From: an uncultured Candidatus Saccharibacteria bacterium
Lineage (GTDB): Bacteria; Patescibacteriota; Minisyncoccia; Phycocordibacterales; JAKFXT01
Assembly (NCBI GenBank): GCA_964541455.1
Contig: CAZIPS010000001.1
Location: 1,709 to 65,708 of the forward strand
Reading direction: 5' to 3'
DNA: 64,000 nt
Of this stretch, positions 1-9,908 are shown piece by piece. Position 1 is the stretch's first letter; every line of letters begins with the position of its first letter. The notes under the pieces were generated by a model, which was not told the origin of the DNA, searched no databases, and worked only from the letters and a program-made list of their open reading frames with translations. The translations under genes were made by a program, and so were the position numbers.

Positions 1-1
1 G

Positions 2-400
2 GGATTATTCGGAGGTATCTTTTTTCACTCACCTGCGCCCACTTTAAGCGAAGAGGGGAAAGCACTTTGTGCGTATATTGATAAAGAAACGGATCACAAT
101 AGCCTTTTTCTTACTGAACCATTTGTCCGCTTGGGACATGACCCTGTGCAGCTTTTTTGTAGGCGTAGTGTGTTTGTTAACCAAGTCGATGGAGATCAGG
201 CCATTCTCAATCGAGAGTATGCGTTTCTCTGGAGGGAACGTTTTGTGGGGGCAAAAGAGGCAAAAGTAGATACCACAAAGCTTCCTTTATTAGTAAAAAA
301 ATATGGTATTGACTATATTCTTTCTGATGGTCCTATTACAACCTCTTTTCCGCTTATATATCAAAATAAAGCATATTACCTCTATAAAACTGCATTTTAG
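2..400 (+). CDS. 5'-truncated membrane protein, C-terminal part (GT-C/AglB-like periplasmic tail)
   Basis: Frame is open from base 2 (GLFGGIFFHSPAPTLSEEG...) to TAG at 400. The ending KKYGIDYIL...LIYQNKAYYLYK resembles the tail of 13077..14903. Confidence 0.6.
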   Translation, partial: GLFGGIFFHSPAPTLSEEGKALCAYIDKETDHNSLFLTEPFVRLGHDPVQLFCRRSVFVNQVDGDQAILNREYAFLWRERFVGAKEAKVDTTKLPLLVKKYGIDYILSDGPITTSFPLIYQNKAYYLYKTAF

Positions 401-448
401 GCAAGTTCTCCTCATTCCCTTGCTGTGGTATACTCGCCCCACACTATT

Positions 449-1444
449 ATGACTACATCACTAGGCACTGAAGGAACTACTGAACAGAGGGTGCTTTTAA
501 CAGGGGCAGGAGGGATGCTTGGCGGGGCGGTGTATAAAGCTGCGCTTAAAAAATACGGGTCTTGTCTTGCCACAGACATTGACCTTAATGAACCATGGCT
601 CTCTTTTCTTGACGTGAGAGATATCCATCAAGTGGAAAAGATTTTTGAAGAGTATAAGCCAACTATTGTTATGCATTTGGCAGCACTCACAGACCTTGAG
701 TATTGCGAACTTAATCCTGAAGAGTCTTGGAAAACAAATGCGCTTGGCACTGAAAACGTGGCGCTCATTGCGAGGAAGCATAACGCTACAATGGTCTATA
801 TTTGTACAGCAGGTATTTTTGGCGGGGAGCAGGAAGAGTTTACTGATTTTGATAAACCAAATCCATTAAGTCACTACGCTAAAAGTAAGTATCATGGTGA
901 GCGTTTTGTTGAGCAATATTTAACTAATTATTACATTTTCCGCGCTGGGTGGATGATGGGGGGAGGGCTTGTGAAAGACAAAAAGTTTATTAACAAGATT
1001 TATAAGCAATTGCGGGCGGGTAAAAAGGAACTTTTTGTGGTGGATGATAAGTTGGGAACACCAACGTATACTGTTGATTTTGCAAACTCAATTATGAAAG
1101 TCATTGATTCGGGGTACTATGGACTTTATAATCAAGTATGTGAAGGAAGTTGTAGTCGCCTTGATGTTGCTAAAGAATTCATAAAGTTACTCGGACTTGA
1201 AGATGAGGTAGTACTTACAATGGTGCCTTCAAGTTATTTTAAACAGGAGTATTTTGCCCCACGTCCATATTCCGAAAAACTTGTTAACCTCAAGTTGCGC
1301 TTGCGTCAAATCAACTATATGCGACACTGGAAGGAAGCTTTGGCTGACTATGCTAAGGAGTTTAGGGAACATTACGATACGTATCATCGTGGGGGAGTAG
1401 TGCAAGCTGAAAAAAAGCCAAAAGGATTTTTATCTAATTTATAA
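449..1444 (+). CDS. rmlD: dTDP-4-dehydrorhamnose reductase-like SDR (RmlD family)
   Basis: GAGGMLG Rossmann motif, HLAALTD, YxxxK (HYAKSK), GTPTY, APRP. ATG 449 preferred because it lies downstream of TGGTATACT. Confidence 0.8.
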   Translation: MTTSLGTEGTTEQRVLLTGAGGMLGGAVYKAALKKYGSCLATDIDLNEPWLSFLDVRDIHQVEKIFEEYKPTIVMHLAALTDLEYCELNPEESWKTNALGTENVALIARKHNATMVYICTAGIFGGEQEEFTDFDKPNPLSHYAKSKYHGERFVEQYLTNYYIFRAGWMMGGGLVKDKKFINKIYKQLRAGKKELFVVDDKLGTPTYTVDFANSIMKVIDSGYYGLYNQVCEGSCSRLDVAKEFIKLLGLEDEVVLTMVPSSYFKQEYFAPRPYSEKLVNLKLRLRQINYMRHWKEALADYAKEFREHYDTYHRGGVVQAEKKPKGFLSNL

Positions 1445-1449
1445 TTTTT

Positions 1450-2874
1450 ATGGAGCAGTATGACTATGTAGTGTTGGGGGGCGGAGTATCTGGCCTCGGG
1501 TTTGCAAAGCGCATGAGTGAGCACGGTAAAAGCGTACTCGTTCTTGAAAAAGAGGAGGTAGTAGGAGGTCTTTCTCGTTCTCTTTTATATAAAGGATTTT
1601 ATCTTGATTTTTGTGCTCACCGTTTCCATACGCACAACAAAGAAATGCTTGCTGAAATTATGGCTCTCCCTGGCCTTAAGATGGAGCGCCACATCAAAAA
1701 AAGTCGTATTTATATGTTTGGCCGTTATCTCAAGTATCCCTTTGAGATACAAAACTTACTTCGCGCTATGCCACTCCGTGACAGTGTGCTTAGTGGATTT
1801 TCTTTTCTCTATAATCAGATAGCAAAACGTTTTCGTCCTGTAGAGGGGTTACAGTCGTATAAGGATTGGTTTGTGAGGATTTACGGACAGCGGCTCTATA
1901 AGGTGATGTGTTATCCGTATGCTTCGAAAATTTGGCATATTGACCCAGGGCTCATTTCAGGTGATTGGGCGGATCAACGTTTCCAGGGAGAGAACATGAA
2001 GAAACTTCTTATGCGTGTATTTAAAAAGATCATTCGCCTTGATTTTAGTAGTTACAATCTTGAGGATGACACGCTTGCACCAGACGGCGGACCTTTCTAC
2101 TATCCACTACGCGGCATCCAAGAGCTTCCGGATGCACTTAAAAGAGCAAGTGAAAGTAAGGGGGCAGTGGTGTATACAGGAGTTGAGGTAACAGCAGTCT
2201 CTCGTGCTAAAAAGACAGTAACCTTTAGCATGGGCGGCAAGGAGACAACCGTCTCTTATAAGCAAATTATTTCAACAATTCCACTTAATACTTTCTACAC
2301 ACTTCAAGACAAGAAAGATAAAGAGGTAGAAAGGGCACTTTCTGGTATTAAGTACATGGACATCATTTTTGTGTTTGTATTTTTAAATAAACCACAGCTC
2401 TCAAATGATCACTGGCTCTATTTCCCTGATAAAGACATTATCTACAATCGCGCGGTTGAGTTTTCAAACTGGTCTCCAGTTATGTGTCCACCAGGGAAAA
2501 CATCAGTGTGTTTCGACATCACAACATTTGAGGAAAACAATGAGTGGAAAATGAGTGATAAAGAGCTTGTGGACAGGGTTATAAGTGATTCAGAACGCAT
2601 CCACTACTTTAAAAAGGAAGAAGTAATGGATACCTTGGTCACACGGGTTAAATATGCGTACCCATTCTATGATCTTAATTATAGAGAGAAACTAGATAAG
2701 GTTGTGAATTTTTTTGAAGATGGATCAACGTATCTTTTGGGGCGTACCGGAATTTTCCGTTATAACAACTCTGATAACTCAATTGAAATGGGTTTTGAGT
2801 TGGCAGAAAAACTTTTGGCCGGAGAAAAAGATGCTTCGGTGTATCAGTACAAGGTTAAAAAAGTGAGTTACTAA
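1450..2874 (+). CDS. FAD-dependent oxidoreductase (UDP-galactopyranose mutase/protoporphyrinogen oxidase-like)
   Basis: GGGVSGL FAD motif, EKE..VGGL, D.xAH.F, AYP.Y, GR.G.F.Y.N.D; located in a glycan locus. Confidence 0.7.
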   Translation: MEQYDYVVLGGGVSGLGFAKRMSEHGKSVLVLEKEEVVGGLSRSLLYKGFYLDFCAHRFHTHNKEMLAEIMALPGLKMERHIKKSRIYMFGRYLKYPFEIQNLLRAMPLRDSVLSGFSFLYNQIAKRFRPVEGLQSYKDWFVRIYGQRLYKVMCYPYASKIWHIDPGLISGDWADQRFQGENMKKLLMRVFKKIIRLDFSSYNLEDDTLAPDGGPFYYPLRGIQELPDALKRASESKGAVVYTGVEVTAVSRAKKTVTFSMGGKETTVSYKQIISTIPLNTFYTLQDKKDKEVERALSGIKYMDIIFVFVFLNKPQLSNDHWLYFPDKDIIYNRAVEFSNWSPVMCPPGKTSVCFDITTFEENNEWKMSDKELVDRVISDSERIHYFKKEEVMDTLVTRVKYAYPFYDLNYREKLDKVVNFFEDGSTYLLGRTGIFRYNNSDNSIEMGFELAEKLLAGEKDASVYQYKVKKVSY

Positions 2875-2928
2875 GTGGTTTTTTTCGAGGTGTCTTTTTT
2901 TTGTTTTTTGCGGTTACAATAATGATAT

Positions 2929-4023
2929 ATGCGTTTATTAGTAGCCACAGGCAGTTTCGGTGGTCCGGTAACCTATAGTCGCCTCCTTGAAGGGCGGTTG
3001 CCTTCCCATGGGGTTAAGGTAGAGGTGGTTTCTTTTGGAGAAGTTCTACATTTACCCAAAATAGTGAGGCATATTGTGTACTTTTTAAAGCTCGTACGGC
3101 GCGGAGTTACTTGTCATCTTATTTACGCACAGGACCCTGTGTCTGTTGGGTTACCGGCGTATGCTGCATCACTTTTAATTAAAAAACCTTTTTATTTAAA
3201 AGTGGTGGGGGATTATGCTTGGGAGCAAGCTCAAGCTCGGTATGGAGTTACAGACAGCCTTGATGTGTTTGTTACAAAAAGCAAAACATACGCACTACGT
3301 ATAAAGGTACTTTGTTTTATTGAGCGGTTCGTGGCGCGAAATGCAAAAAAAATAATAGTGCCAAGCAGGTATCTAAAAAAAATAGTGACTTCCTGGGGAG
3401 TTACTCCTCAAAAGATTGAGGTGATTTACAATGCATATAACGAACCGACTATCGTAGAGAGTAAGGAGACACTAAGAGCAATATATGAATATACGTATCC
3501 TACTATTGTTTCAGCAGGACGTCTCGTGCCATGGAAAGAGTTTCCGACACTCATACATTCGTTTAAGGAGTTATTGAATGAATATAAAGAGGCGAAGCTC
3601 TATATTATTGATGATGGGCCAGAGCGACGTAAGTTGTTGGATCTTACAAGAGAGCTCGGTATTGAAGAGCGAGTAATTTTTACTGGTAAAATCGCGCAAA
3701 CAGAACTTCATAAGCGTATTAAGGCGGCAGATCTTTTCGTATTGGCAAGTTCATATGAAGGATTTTCACATGTATTACTTGAAGCGCTTTCGCTTGGTAC
3801 CCCAGTTATCACTTCAACTGAGGGAGGGAACCCTGAACTTGTGGAACATAGGCGAAACGGATTACTTGTTGCGTCACACAATATTTCTGAACTTACCGGA
3901 GCCCTAAAGAAGCTTTGTGGGGATACTATGCTTCAAACACAGTTTGCAACAGCCGGTAAGCGCACATTAGAGCAGTTTAGGGAAGAGGATATGCTTACAA
4001 AGTTAATTACGGTACTTTCATGA
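2929..4023 (+). CDS. glycosyltransferase family 4
   Basis: GRLVPWK, ADLFVLASSYEGFSHVLLEALSLGTPVI. Confidence 0.9.
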   Translation: MRLLVATGSFGGPVTYSRLLEGRLPSHGVKVEVVSFGEVLHLPKIVRHIVYFLKLVRRGVTCHLIYAQDPVSVGLPAYAASLLIKKPFYLKVVGDYAWEQAQARYGVTDSLDVFVTKSKTYALRIKVLCFIERFVARNAKKIIVPSRYLKKIVTSWGVTPQKIEVIYNAYNEPTIVESKETLRAIYEYTYPTIVSAGRLVPWKEFPTLIHSFKELLNEYKEAKLYIIDDGPERRKLLDLTRELGIEERVIFTGKIAQTELHKRIKAADLFVLASSYEGFSHVLLEALSLGTPVITSTEGGNPELVEHRRNGLLVASHNISELTGALKKLCGDTMLQTQFATAGKRTLEQFREEDMLTKLITVLS

Positions 4024-5141
4024 AGGTGCTCATGCTCTCAACAGATGCGCATATAGTTGATTCGCAGAGTAAGGAGTTTAAACGTATGCAGTCATATGCC
4101 ACAGTAACCGATGAGTTACATATCATCGTATGCACTACTTCAAACATACGTACAACTGCTTTTCGTGAAGGTAATCTTTTTGTGTACCCAACAAAATCTC
4201 TTCACAAGGTATTTTATGGGGTGGGGATTTTACATACGGCTTTACGTTTGAGATCACGAGAGATTTCAATAGTGACTGCGCAGGACCCGTTTGAAACAGG
4301 GTTTATCGGAGTATGTGTTGCTTTTCTTTTAGGGATACCTCTTCAGGTGCAAATCCACACAGATTTTTTTACTGAATATTTTGCATACTCATTTAAAAAT
4401 ATCATAAGGGCATATATAGCTCGTTTTGTAATTCCTAGGGCAGACGGTGTTCGAGTTGTTTCAGAGCGTTTGAAAAAAGCGGTTATGGCGCAGTATGTGT
4501 TAAAAAGGGAGCCCACAGTACTTCCCATTTATGTTGAAGTACCACTGACCCTTTTTAGTGAGCGAGGAGATCTTCTTAAAAAGAAATACCCGCAATTCGG
4601 TACTATCCTACTTATGGTTTCGCGCCTTGAGGGAGAGAAACATATTGAAATGGCACTCACAGCATTTCGTTCGGTAGTGAATGATTTTCCTGGAATGGGG
4701 CTCGTGGTGGTAGGAGGGGGGAGTGAGGAAGTGAAACTGAAGCGTCTCATTATTGAGTTTGGGCTTGAGCAGAAAGTAATTTTTGATGGGTGGCAGCCTA
4801 ACCCGATTGATTACTTTAAGAGTGCTGATTTCTTCCTGAATACTTCTCATTATGAAGGGTATGGACGAACACTTATCGAAGCTGCATTAGCTGGGGTCCC
4901 TATTGTGACTACTGATGTTGGTATAGTAGGAGAGGTGCTTAATCAAGAAAATGCCTTCATAAGTCCTCCAAAGGATGTTATTGCATTTACGCAACAACTA
5001 CGGGAGGCACTTTTACATAAAGAGGTCACTAAAGAGAAGGCGCGATTAGCACGAGAGGCGGTAGGAGTATATCTTTCGCTTACTGAACAGGAGCGTCTTT
5101 ACATATTAAAAACTTCATGGGAGGCATGCATAAGGAAGTAA
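4020..5141 (+). CDS. glycosyltransferase family 4
   Basis: SRLEGEK, TSHYEGYGRTLIEAALAGVPIVTTDVG; ATGA overlap with the previous gene. Confidence 0.9.
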   Translation: MKVLMLSTDAHIVDSQSKEFKRMQSYATVTDELHIIVCTTSNIRTTAFREGNLFVYPTKSLHKVFYGVGILHTALRLRSREISIVTAQDPFETGFIGVCVAFLLGIPLQVQIHTDFFTEYFAYSFKNIIRAYIARFVIPRADGVRVVSERLKKAVMAQYVLKREPTVLPIYVEVPLTLFSERGDLLKKKYPQFGTILLMVSRLEGEKHIEMALTAFRSVVNDFPGMGLVVVGGGSEEVKLKRLIIEFGLEQKVIFDGWQPNPIDYFKSADFFLNTSHYEGYGRTLIEAALAGVPIVTTDVGIVGEVLNQENAFISPPKDVIAFTQQLREALLHKEVTKEKARLAREAVGVYLSLTEQERLYILKTSWEACIRK

Positions 5142-5142
5142 T

Positions 5143-6183
5143 ATGAACATACTTATCACCACACAAGCAGTAGATAATAAAGATGACCACTTCGTTTTTT
5201 TCCTTGATTGGATTTCTGAATTTGCGGCATCGTATAAAAAAGTGACCGTTATTGCGCTACGTACGGGAGAGTATACGCTTCCCCCTAATGTAAAAGTAGT
5301 GTCACTTGGGAAAAATGAGGGGAAGGGGAGACTTACCTATTTGTATCGTTTTTTTAAGACGATTCTTAGTGAGCGTCGGGAGTATGATGATGTATTTGTA
5401 TTTATGAATCCAGAATATGTGGTCTTGGGGGGACTTATCTGGAGATACCTAGGTAAGCGTATTGGGTTATGGTATACCCACAAACAGGTTAATTTAAAAT
5501 TGCGGGTAGCGCATTTTTTTACTCATATTGTTTTTACTGCAATAAAAGAGAGTTTCCGTATCCCTTCTACAAAAGTCTGCGTGGTAGGGCACGGTATCAA
5601 TACTGATCTTTTTTCACCCATGCCCGTGCCTCAACAGGGAATTGAAATACTTACAGTATCTCGAATTGCTCCTATTAAGCATATTGAAAATATGATTGAA
5701 GCAGTACCGTTTATAGAAAAGAAGCTTAATCAAAAAGTAACGCTTTCAATTGTGAGCGCCCTTCCATCAAAAGACGATGCGTATTATCAAAAACTTATAA
5801 CCCTTATTACTCAAAAAAAGCTAACAGAGCAGGTTCATTTTCTAGGCGCTATTCCAGGGGGTGAGCTCCCGCCTGTGTATAATCGTGCTACTATCACTTT
5901 TAACCTGACGCCAACAGGTGGGCTTGATAAGGCAGTACTTGAATCACTTTCTTGCGGCGTTCCTGTTATTGCTTCAAATCAAGGACTGCGACCGCTTTTT
6001 GGTGTCTATCAAGACAGACTTTCAGTTGCTTTGGGGGATGTGGAAGAGTTAGCAGAAAAGGCGTCTTTAGCAGTATCTTTAAAAGAGCATGAAAGCGAAG
6101 CATTGCGTGCCCTCGTTAAAGATACGTATTCTTATAAAACACTCATTAAAAAAATAATAGCTATATATGAAACAGGTCGATAA
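5143..6183 (+). CDS. glycosyltransferase family 4
   Basis: SRIAPIK, GGLDKAVLESLSCGVPVIASN. Confidence 0.85.
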   Translation: MNILITTQAVDNKDDHFVFFLDWISEFAASYKKVTVIALRTGEYTLPPNVKVVSLGKNEGKGRLTYLYRFFKTILSERREYDDVFVFMNPEYVVLGGLIWRYLGKRIGLWYTHKQVNLKLRVAHFFTHIVFTAIKESFRIPSTKVCVVGHGINTDLFSPMPVPQQGIEILTVSRIAPIKHIENMIEAVPFIEKKLNQKVTLSIVSALPSKDDAYYQKLITLITQKKLTEQVHFLGAIPGGELPPVYNRATITFNLTPTGGLDKAVLESLSCGVPVIASNQGLRPLFGVYQDRLSVALGDVEELAEKASLAVSLKEHESEALRALVKDTYSYKTLIKKIIAIYETGR

Positions 6184-6781
6184 AGCACATTATGAGTTTG
6201 GTAGGTACACTAAGATTGATCGGTGGAGTAGTTACTATTATCAAATAAAGGAAGTACTTCTGACAAAGCCTAAGGCAGTACTTGAGATTGGGGTGGGTGA
6301 AGGAGTATTACGCGATTATATAAAATCACATACTACTATTGCCTATACATCGCTTGATGTGGCAGAAGACCTTGCTCCGGACGTTGTAGGGTCGGTTCTT
6401 AAACTTCCATTCCCTGACAATACCTTCGATACGGTATGCGCGTTTGAGGTGTTAGAGCATCTTCCTTTTGCTGATTTTGAGAAAGCACTTCAAGAACTGC
6501 GTCGAGTTTCGAAACATTTTGTTATTTTAAGTTTGCCGCACTTTGGGCCGCCAGTAAAATTTTTACTTAAAATCCCATTTTTCCCACAATTACAAAAGGC
6601 TTTTAAGATTGTCTTCCCAAAAACACATCATTTTGACGGCGAGCATTATTGGGAGATAGGTAAGAGGGGGTATGGGGTAAGGTATGTGCGAAGTGTACTC
6701 AAAAAATATTTTGTGCTCACAGGAGAGTACGTACCGTTTGAAAATCAGTATCATCATTTCTATGTACTTAAAAAAATATGA
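6167..6781 (+). CDS. class I SAM-dependent methyltransferase
   Basis: VLEIGVGEG, LPFPDNTFDTVCAFEVLEHL. Confidence 0.85.
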   Translation: MKQVDKAHYEFGRYTKIDRWSSYYYQIKEVLLTKPKAVLEIGVGEGVLRDYIKSHTTIAYTSLDVAEDLAPDVVGSVLKLPFPDNTFDTVCAFEVLEHLPFADFEKALQELRRVSKHFVILSLPHFGPPVKFLLKIPFFPQLQKAFKIVFPKTHHFDGEHYWEIGKRGYGVRYVRSVLKKYFVLTGEYVPFENQYHHFYVLKKI

Positions 6782-7395
6782 AGACTCCCTGGGAAACTTT
6801 TTTTAGATCAGCAATAACAAAAATTTTCACCGAGAAAAAAAGTATTGTTGATATTGGTGGGGGATTGCGCATCCTTAAAGAAAAAAATAATAGATACGCA
6901 CCTAGTAATGAGTGGATTCGTGAATTTCTTCCGCAGGTTGATTATAAAGTGCTTGATCCTGTAGACACCTATCACCCTGATATTGTGGGCGATATCCACA
7001 ATCTTCCTTTTTCTGATAATTCAATTGATGCAGTGGTGTGTATTGCGGTGTTAGAGCATGTAGAGAACCCATTTAAAGCAATGAGTGAAGTGTACCGCGT
7101 ACTAAAGAAGGACGGATACTGTTTCCTCTATGTGCCGTTTCTTTATTACTATCATGCAGAGAGAGGGTATTATGGAGATTATTGGCGCTTTACTCCAGAA
7201 TCGCTTAAGCTACTTTCAAAACCCTTTTCAAGTATTGAAATAGAAAATGTTCGCGGTGCTTTTGAGACATGGGTTAAGTTAAGTCCTCTTGGAAGAAATA
7301 CTTTCCTAGTTCCTTTGTGGAGAGTGATTGATATGTGTATGGGCAAAGTACATAGTAAACAGACAAGTGGGTACTATGTATTTTTAAAAAAATAG
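6778..7395 (+). CDS. class I SAM-dependent methyltransferase
   Basis: IVDIGGG, LPFSDNSIDAVVCIAVLEHV, RVLKKDG, DYWRFT. Confidence 0.85.
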   Translation: MKTPWETFFRSAITKIFTEKKSIVDIGGGLRILKEKNNRYAPSNEWIREFLPQVDYKVLDPVDTYHPDIVGDIHNLPFSDNSIDAVVCIAVLEHVENPFKAMSEVYRVLKKDGYCFLYVPFLYYYHAERGYYGDYWRFTPESLKLLSKPFSSIEIENVRGAFETWVKLSPLGRNTFLVPLWRVIDMCMGKVHSKQTSGYYVFLKK

Positions 7396-7396
7396 T

Positions 7397-8506
7397 ATGA
7401 GATTACTTTATGTTGCAAATGTGCGCATGCCTACAGAAAAGGCTCACGGTATTCAGATAGCTGAAATGTGTAACGCCTTCGCTCAAACGGGGGTCCAAGT
7501 AGTACTCCTTCTTCCTAAACGTGACAATGAAATTAAAGAGGATATTTTTTCTTATTATGGGATACCACAATCGTTCGCTGTTACGTATGTACCGGTATCT
7601 GATACGGTGCGTTTCGGGTTTTTAGGATTTTTATATGAAACGTACTCATTTATTAAAGCAGTAAAAAAATATTTAAGTGAAGCGCAGCTTGATGTAGTCT
7701 ATGGGAGGGATGAGTTGGTATTGGCTGGTCTTTTAAAGCTTGGCGGGAGGTTTGTATGGGAGTCTCATACGGGGGTGTGGAATTGGGCAGTTCGAAAACT
7801 CGTTGCTCAGGAGGTGCCCATAGTAGCTATTAGTCGCGGGCTCGAGACGTTTTACAAGAAGCACGATGTTCCTTTTGATCGATTGTTTGTGGCTCATGAT
7901 GGTTTTTCAGACACGAGGACTGAAGAGTCTTATAGCAAAAAAGATCTCCGCCGCATCCTTTCGTTACCTGAAGAGGGATTTTTGACGGTATATACAGGGA
8001 AACTTGATTCGTGGAAAGGGGTAGAGACTTTTTTACGTGCTGCAACATATAGTAAGGAGGTAAGTACGTTTGTGGTAGTGGGAGGAAATGAAAAGCAAAT
8101 TGCTCCACTTAAGGCGGCACATAAGGAGGTTTATTTTATCCCCTACGTGCACCCGCAGATCGCCGAGCGCTATCAAAGGGCGGCAGATCTTTTGGTGCTT
8201 CCAAATACGGCGAAAAACATTATTTCAAAATACTACACATCACCTTTAAAACTCTTTAACTACATGGCAAGTGGGAATCCACTGTTGGTTTCAGATTTGC
8301 CTTCAGTACGAGAAATTGTAAGCGAAGAGAATGCTTACTTTTTTAAGCCAGATGATAGCGAGGATTTGGCTGAAAAAATAAGGTATATCAAGGAGCATAT
8401 GGACGAGGCGTACTTAAGGGCGGTTAAAGCAAAAGAACATGTTAGAGGCTACGCATGGCAGAGAAGGGCAGAAAAAATTATTGCTTTTGTAAAAAACTAT
8501 TTTTAG
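7397..8506 (+). CDS. glycosyltransferase family 4
   Basis: GKLDSWKG, ADLLVLP, TSPLKLFNYMASG.P...SDL. Confidence 0.9.
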   Translation: MRLLYVANVRMPTEKAHGIQIAEMCNAFAQTGVQVVLLLPKRDNEIKEDIFSYYGIPQSFAVTYVPVSDTVRFGFLGFLYETYSFIKAVKKYLSEAQLDVVYGRDELVLAGLLKLGGRFVWESHTGVWNWAVRKLVAQEVPIVAISRGLETFYKKHDVPFDRLFVAHDGFSDTRTEESYSKKDLRRILSLPEEGFLTVYTGKLDSWKGVETFLRAATYSKEVSTFVVVGGNEKQIAPLKAAHKEVYFIPYVHPQIAERYQRAADLLVLPNTAKNIISKYYTSPLKLFNYMASGNPLLVSDLPSVREIVSEENAYFFKPDDSEDLAEKIRYIKEHMDEAYLRAVKAKEHVRGYAWQRRAEKIIAFVKNYF

Positions 8507-8510
8507 GTAT

Positions 8511-8909
8511 ATGAGGGTTTTAAAATATATAAGTTCTGGAATTTTTGTTGCAGCCTTTCAGCTTATCGTTTTTTCTGTACTTAGTAGGTACGCTCCATAC
8601 CTATTGGCTTCTTCCTACGCTTTTGTTTTGGCGGTAATTGTTAGTTTTCTGTTGCAAAAATATTGGACGTTTCGAAATAAAAATAGACGCATGTCAGGGC
8701 AGTTCCTATTTTTTCTCTCAAATTCTTTATGGGGACTACTTTTAAACGGGGTTTTTATGTGGGTATTGGTAGAGAAACTTTTTTTCTATACGCAGATTGC
8801 ACAGGTTGTCACGATGATCTTTCTTGCTACGTATAATTACTTTATATATAAAATAATATTCAAACATAAGGCTGAGGTATTAGGGTCGGTGGACAATGTT
8901 AACCTATGA
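8511..8909 (+). CDS. GtrA-family small flippase
   Basis: 132 aa, about 4 TM segments, SFLLQKYWTF and YNY..YK..IF motifs; next to a GT2. Confidence 0.8.
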   Translation: MRVLKYISSGIFVAAFQLIVFSVLSRYAPYLLASSYAFVLAVIVSFLLQKYWTFRNKNRRMSGQFLFFLSNSLWGLLLNGVFMWVLVEKLFFYTQIAQVVTMIFLATYNYFIYKIIFKHKAEVLGSVDNVNL

Positions 8910-8944
8910 TTGTGGGGCGACAGGCTTAATGCTAAAATCCCGCT

Positions 8945-9904
8945 ATGTCTACTAATCCAAAACTTTCAGTAGTACTTCCTATGTACAACGAGGCGGAAAG
9001 CCTACCCCACCTTTTTAAAAGGTTGCGTGAAGTGCTTATACAACACGGTCTTTCTTACGAAATTATTGCAGTAAATGATGGATCAAGGGATGCCACCAAG
9101 TCGATTCTCGAGGAGTATGCAAAAGCGCACCCAGAAATAAAAGTAATTAATTTTGGTGCAAATGCGGGCCAAACCGCAGCACTTCGTGCTGGGATTGAAC
9201 ACGCAAAAGGCGAGGTCATTGTGACTATTGATAGTGATCTTGAAAATAATCCAGAAGATATTCCAAAGCTTCTTAAAAAGATGGAGGAAGAGCAGTATGA
9301 CGTTGTTTCAGGGTGGCGTGCTGATAGATGGGCAGGTGAATACCTGATGCGTAAACTCCCTTCAATGACTGCTAATATGCTTATCTCTAAAATCACTGGT
9401 GTGCCACTGCATGATTACGGGTGTACCCTAAAGGTGTATAAACGTAGTGTTATAGCAGGGGTCCCTTTATACGGGGAGATGCACCGCTTTATTCCAGCAT
9501 ATGCTTCTTGGCGCGGTGCACGGGTTACTGAATTAAAAGTGACCCATACTCCTCGACAATTTGGAGTCAGTAAATACGGCTTTTCACGAACCTATCGTGT
9601 GCTTCTGGATCTACTCCTTTTGAAGTTTTTGCATAAATACAAAGATCGTCCAATGCATTTTTTTGGAGGGTTCGGGTTCATACTCATGTTTCTTGGACTT
9701 TTTACAGGAACACTAGCAATTGCGCTTAGGCTTACGATTGGACTACATTTGGTCCAAACACCATTACCTGTTTTAACTGCACTTTTACTAATTACAGGAC
9801 TTAACCTCGCTTTGATGGGTATTGTGGCTGAAATGCTAATGCGTACGTATTACGAAAGTAAGGGAGAAAAAACATATATTATCGGAGATACACATAATTT
9901 GTAA
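8945..9904 (+). CDS. GT2 polyprenol-phosphate glycosyltransferase (GtrB/ArnC-like)
   Basis: PMYNE, VNDGSRD, GQTAA, IDSDLEN, DYGC, HRFIP, two C-terminal TM helices. Confidence 0.9.
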   Translation: MSTNPKLSVVLPMYNEAESLPHLFKRLREVLIQHGLSYEIIAVNDGSRDATKSILEEYAKAHPEIKVINFGANAGQTAALRAGIEHAKGEVIVTIDSDLENNPEDIPKLLKKMEEEQYDVVSGWRADRWAGEYLMRKLPSMTANMLISKITGVPLHDYGCTLKVYKRSVIAGVPLYGEMHRFIPAYASWRGARVTELKVTHTPRQFGVSKYGFSRTYRVLLDLLLLKFLHKYKDRPMHFFGGFGFILMFLGLFTGTLAIALRLTIGLHLVQTPLPVLTALLLITGLNLALMGIVAEMLMRTYYESKGEKTYIIGDTHNL

Positions 9905-9908
9905 AAGT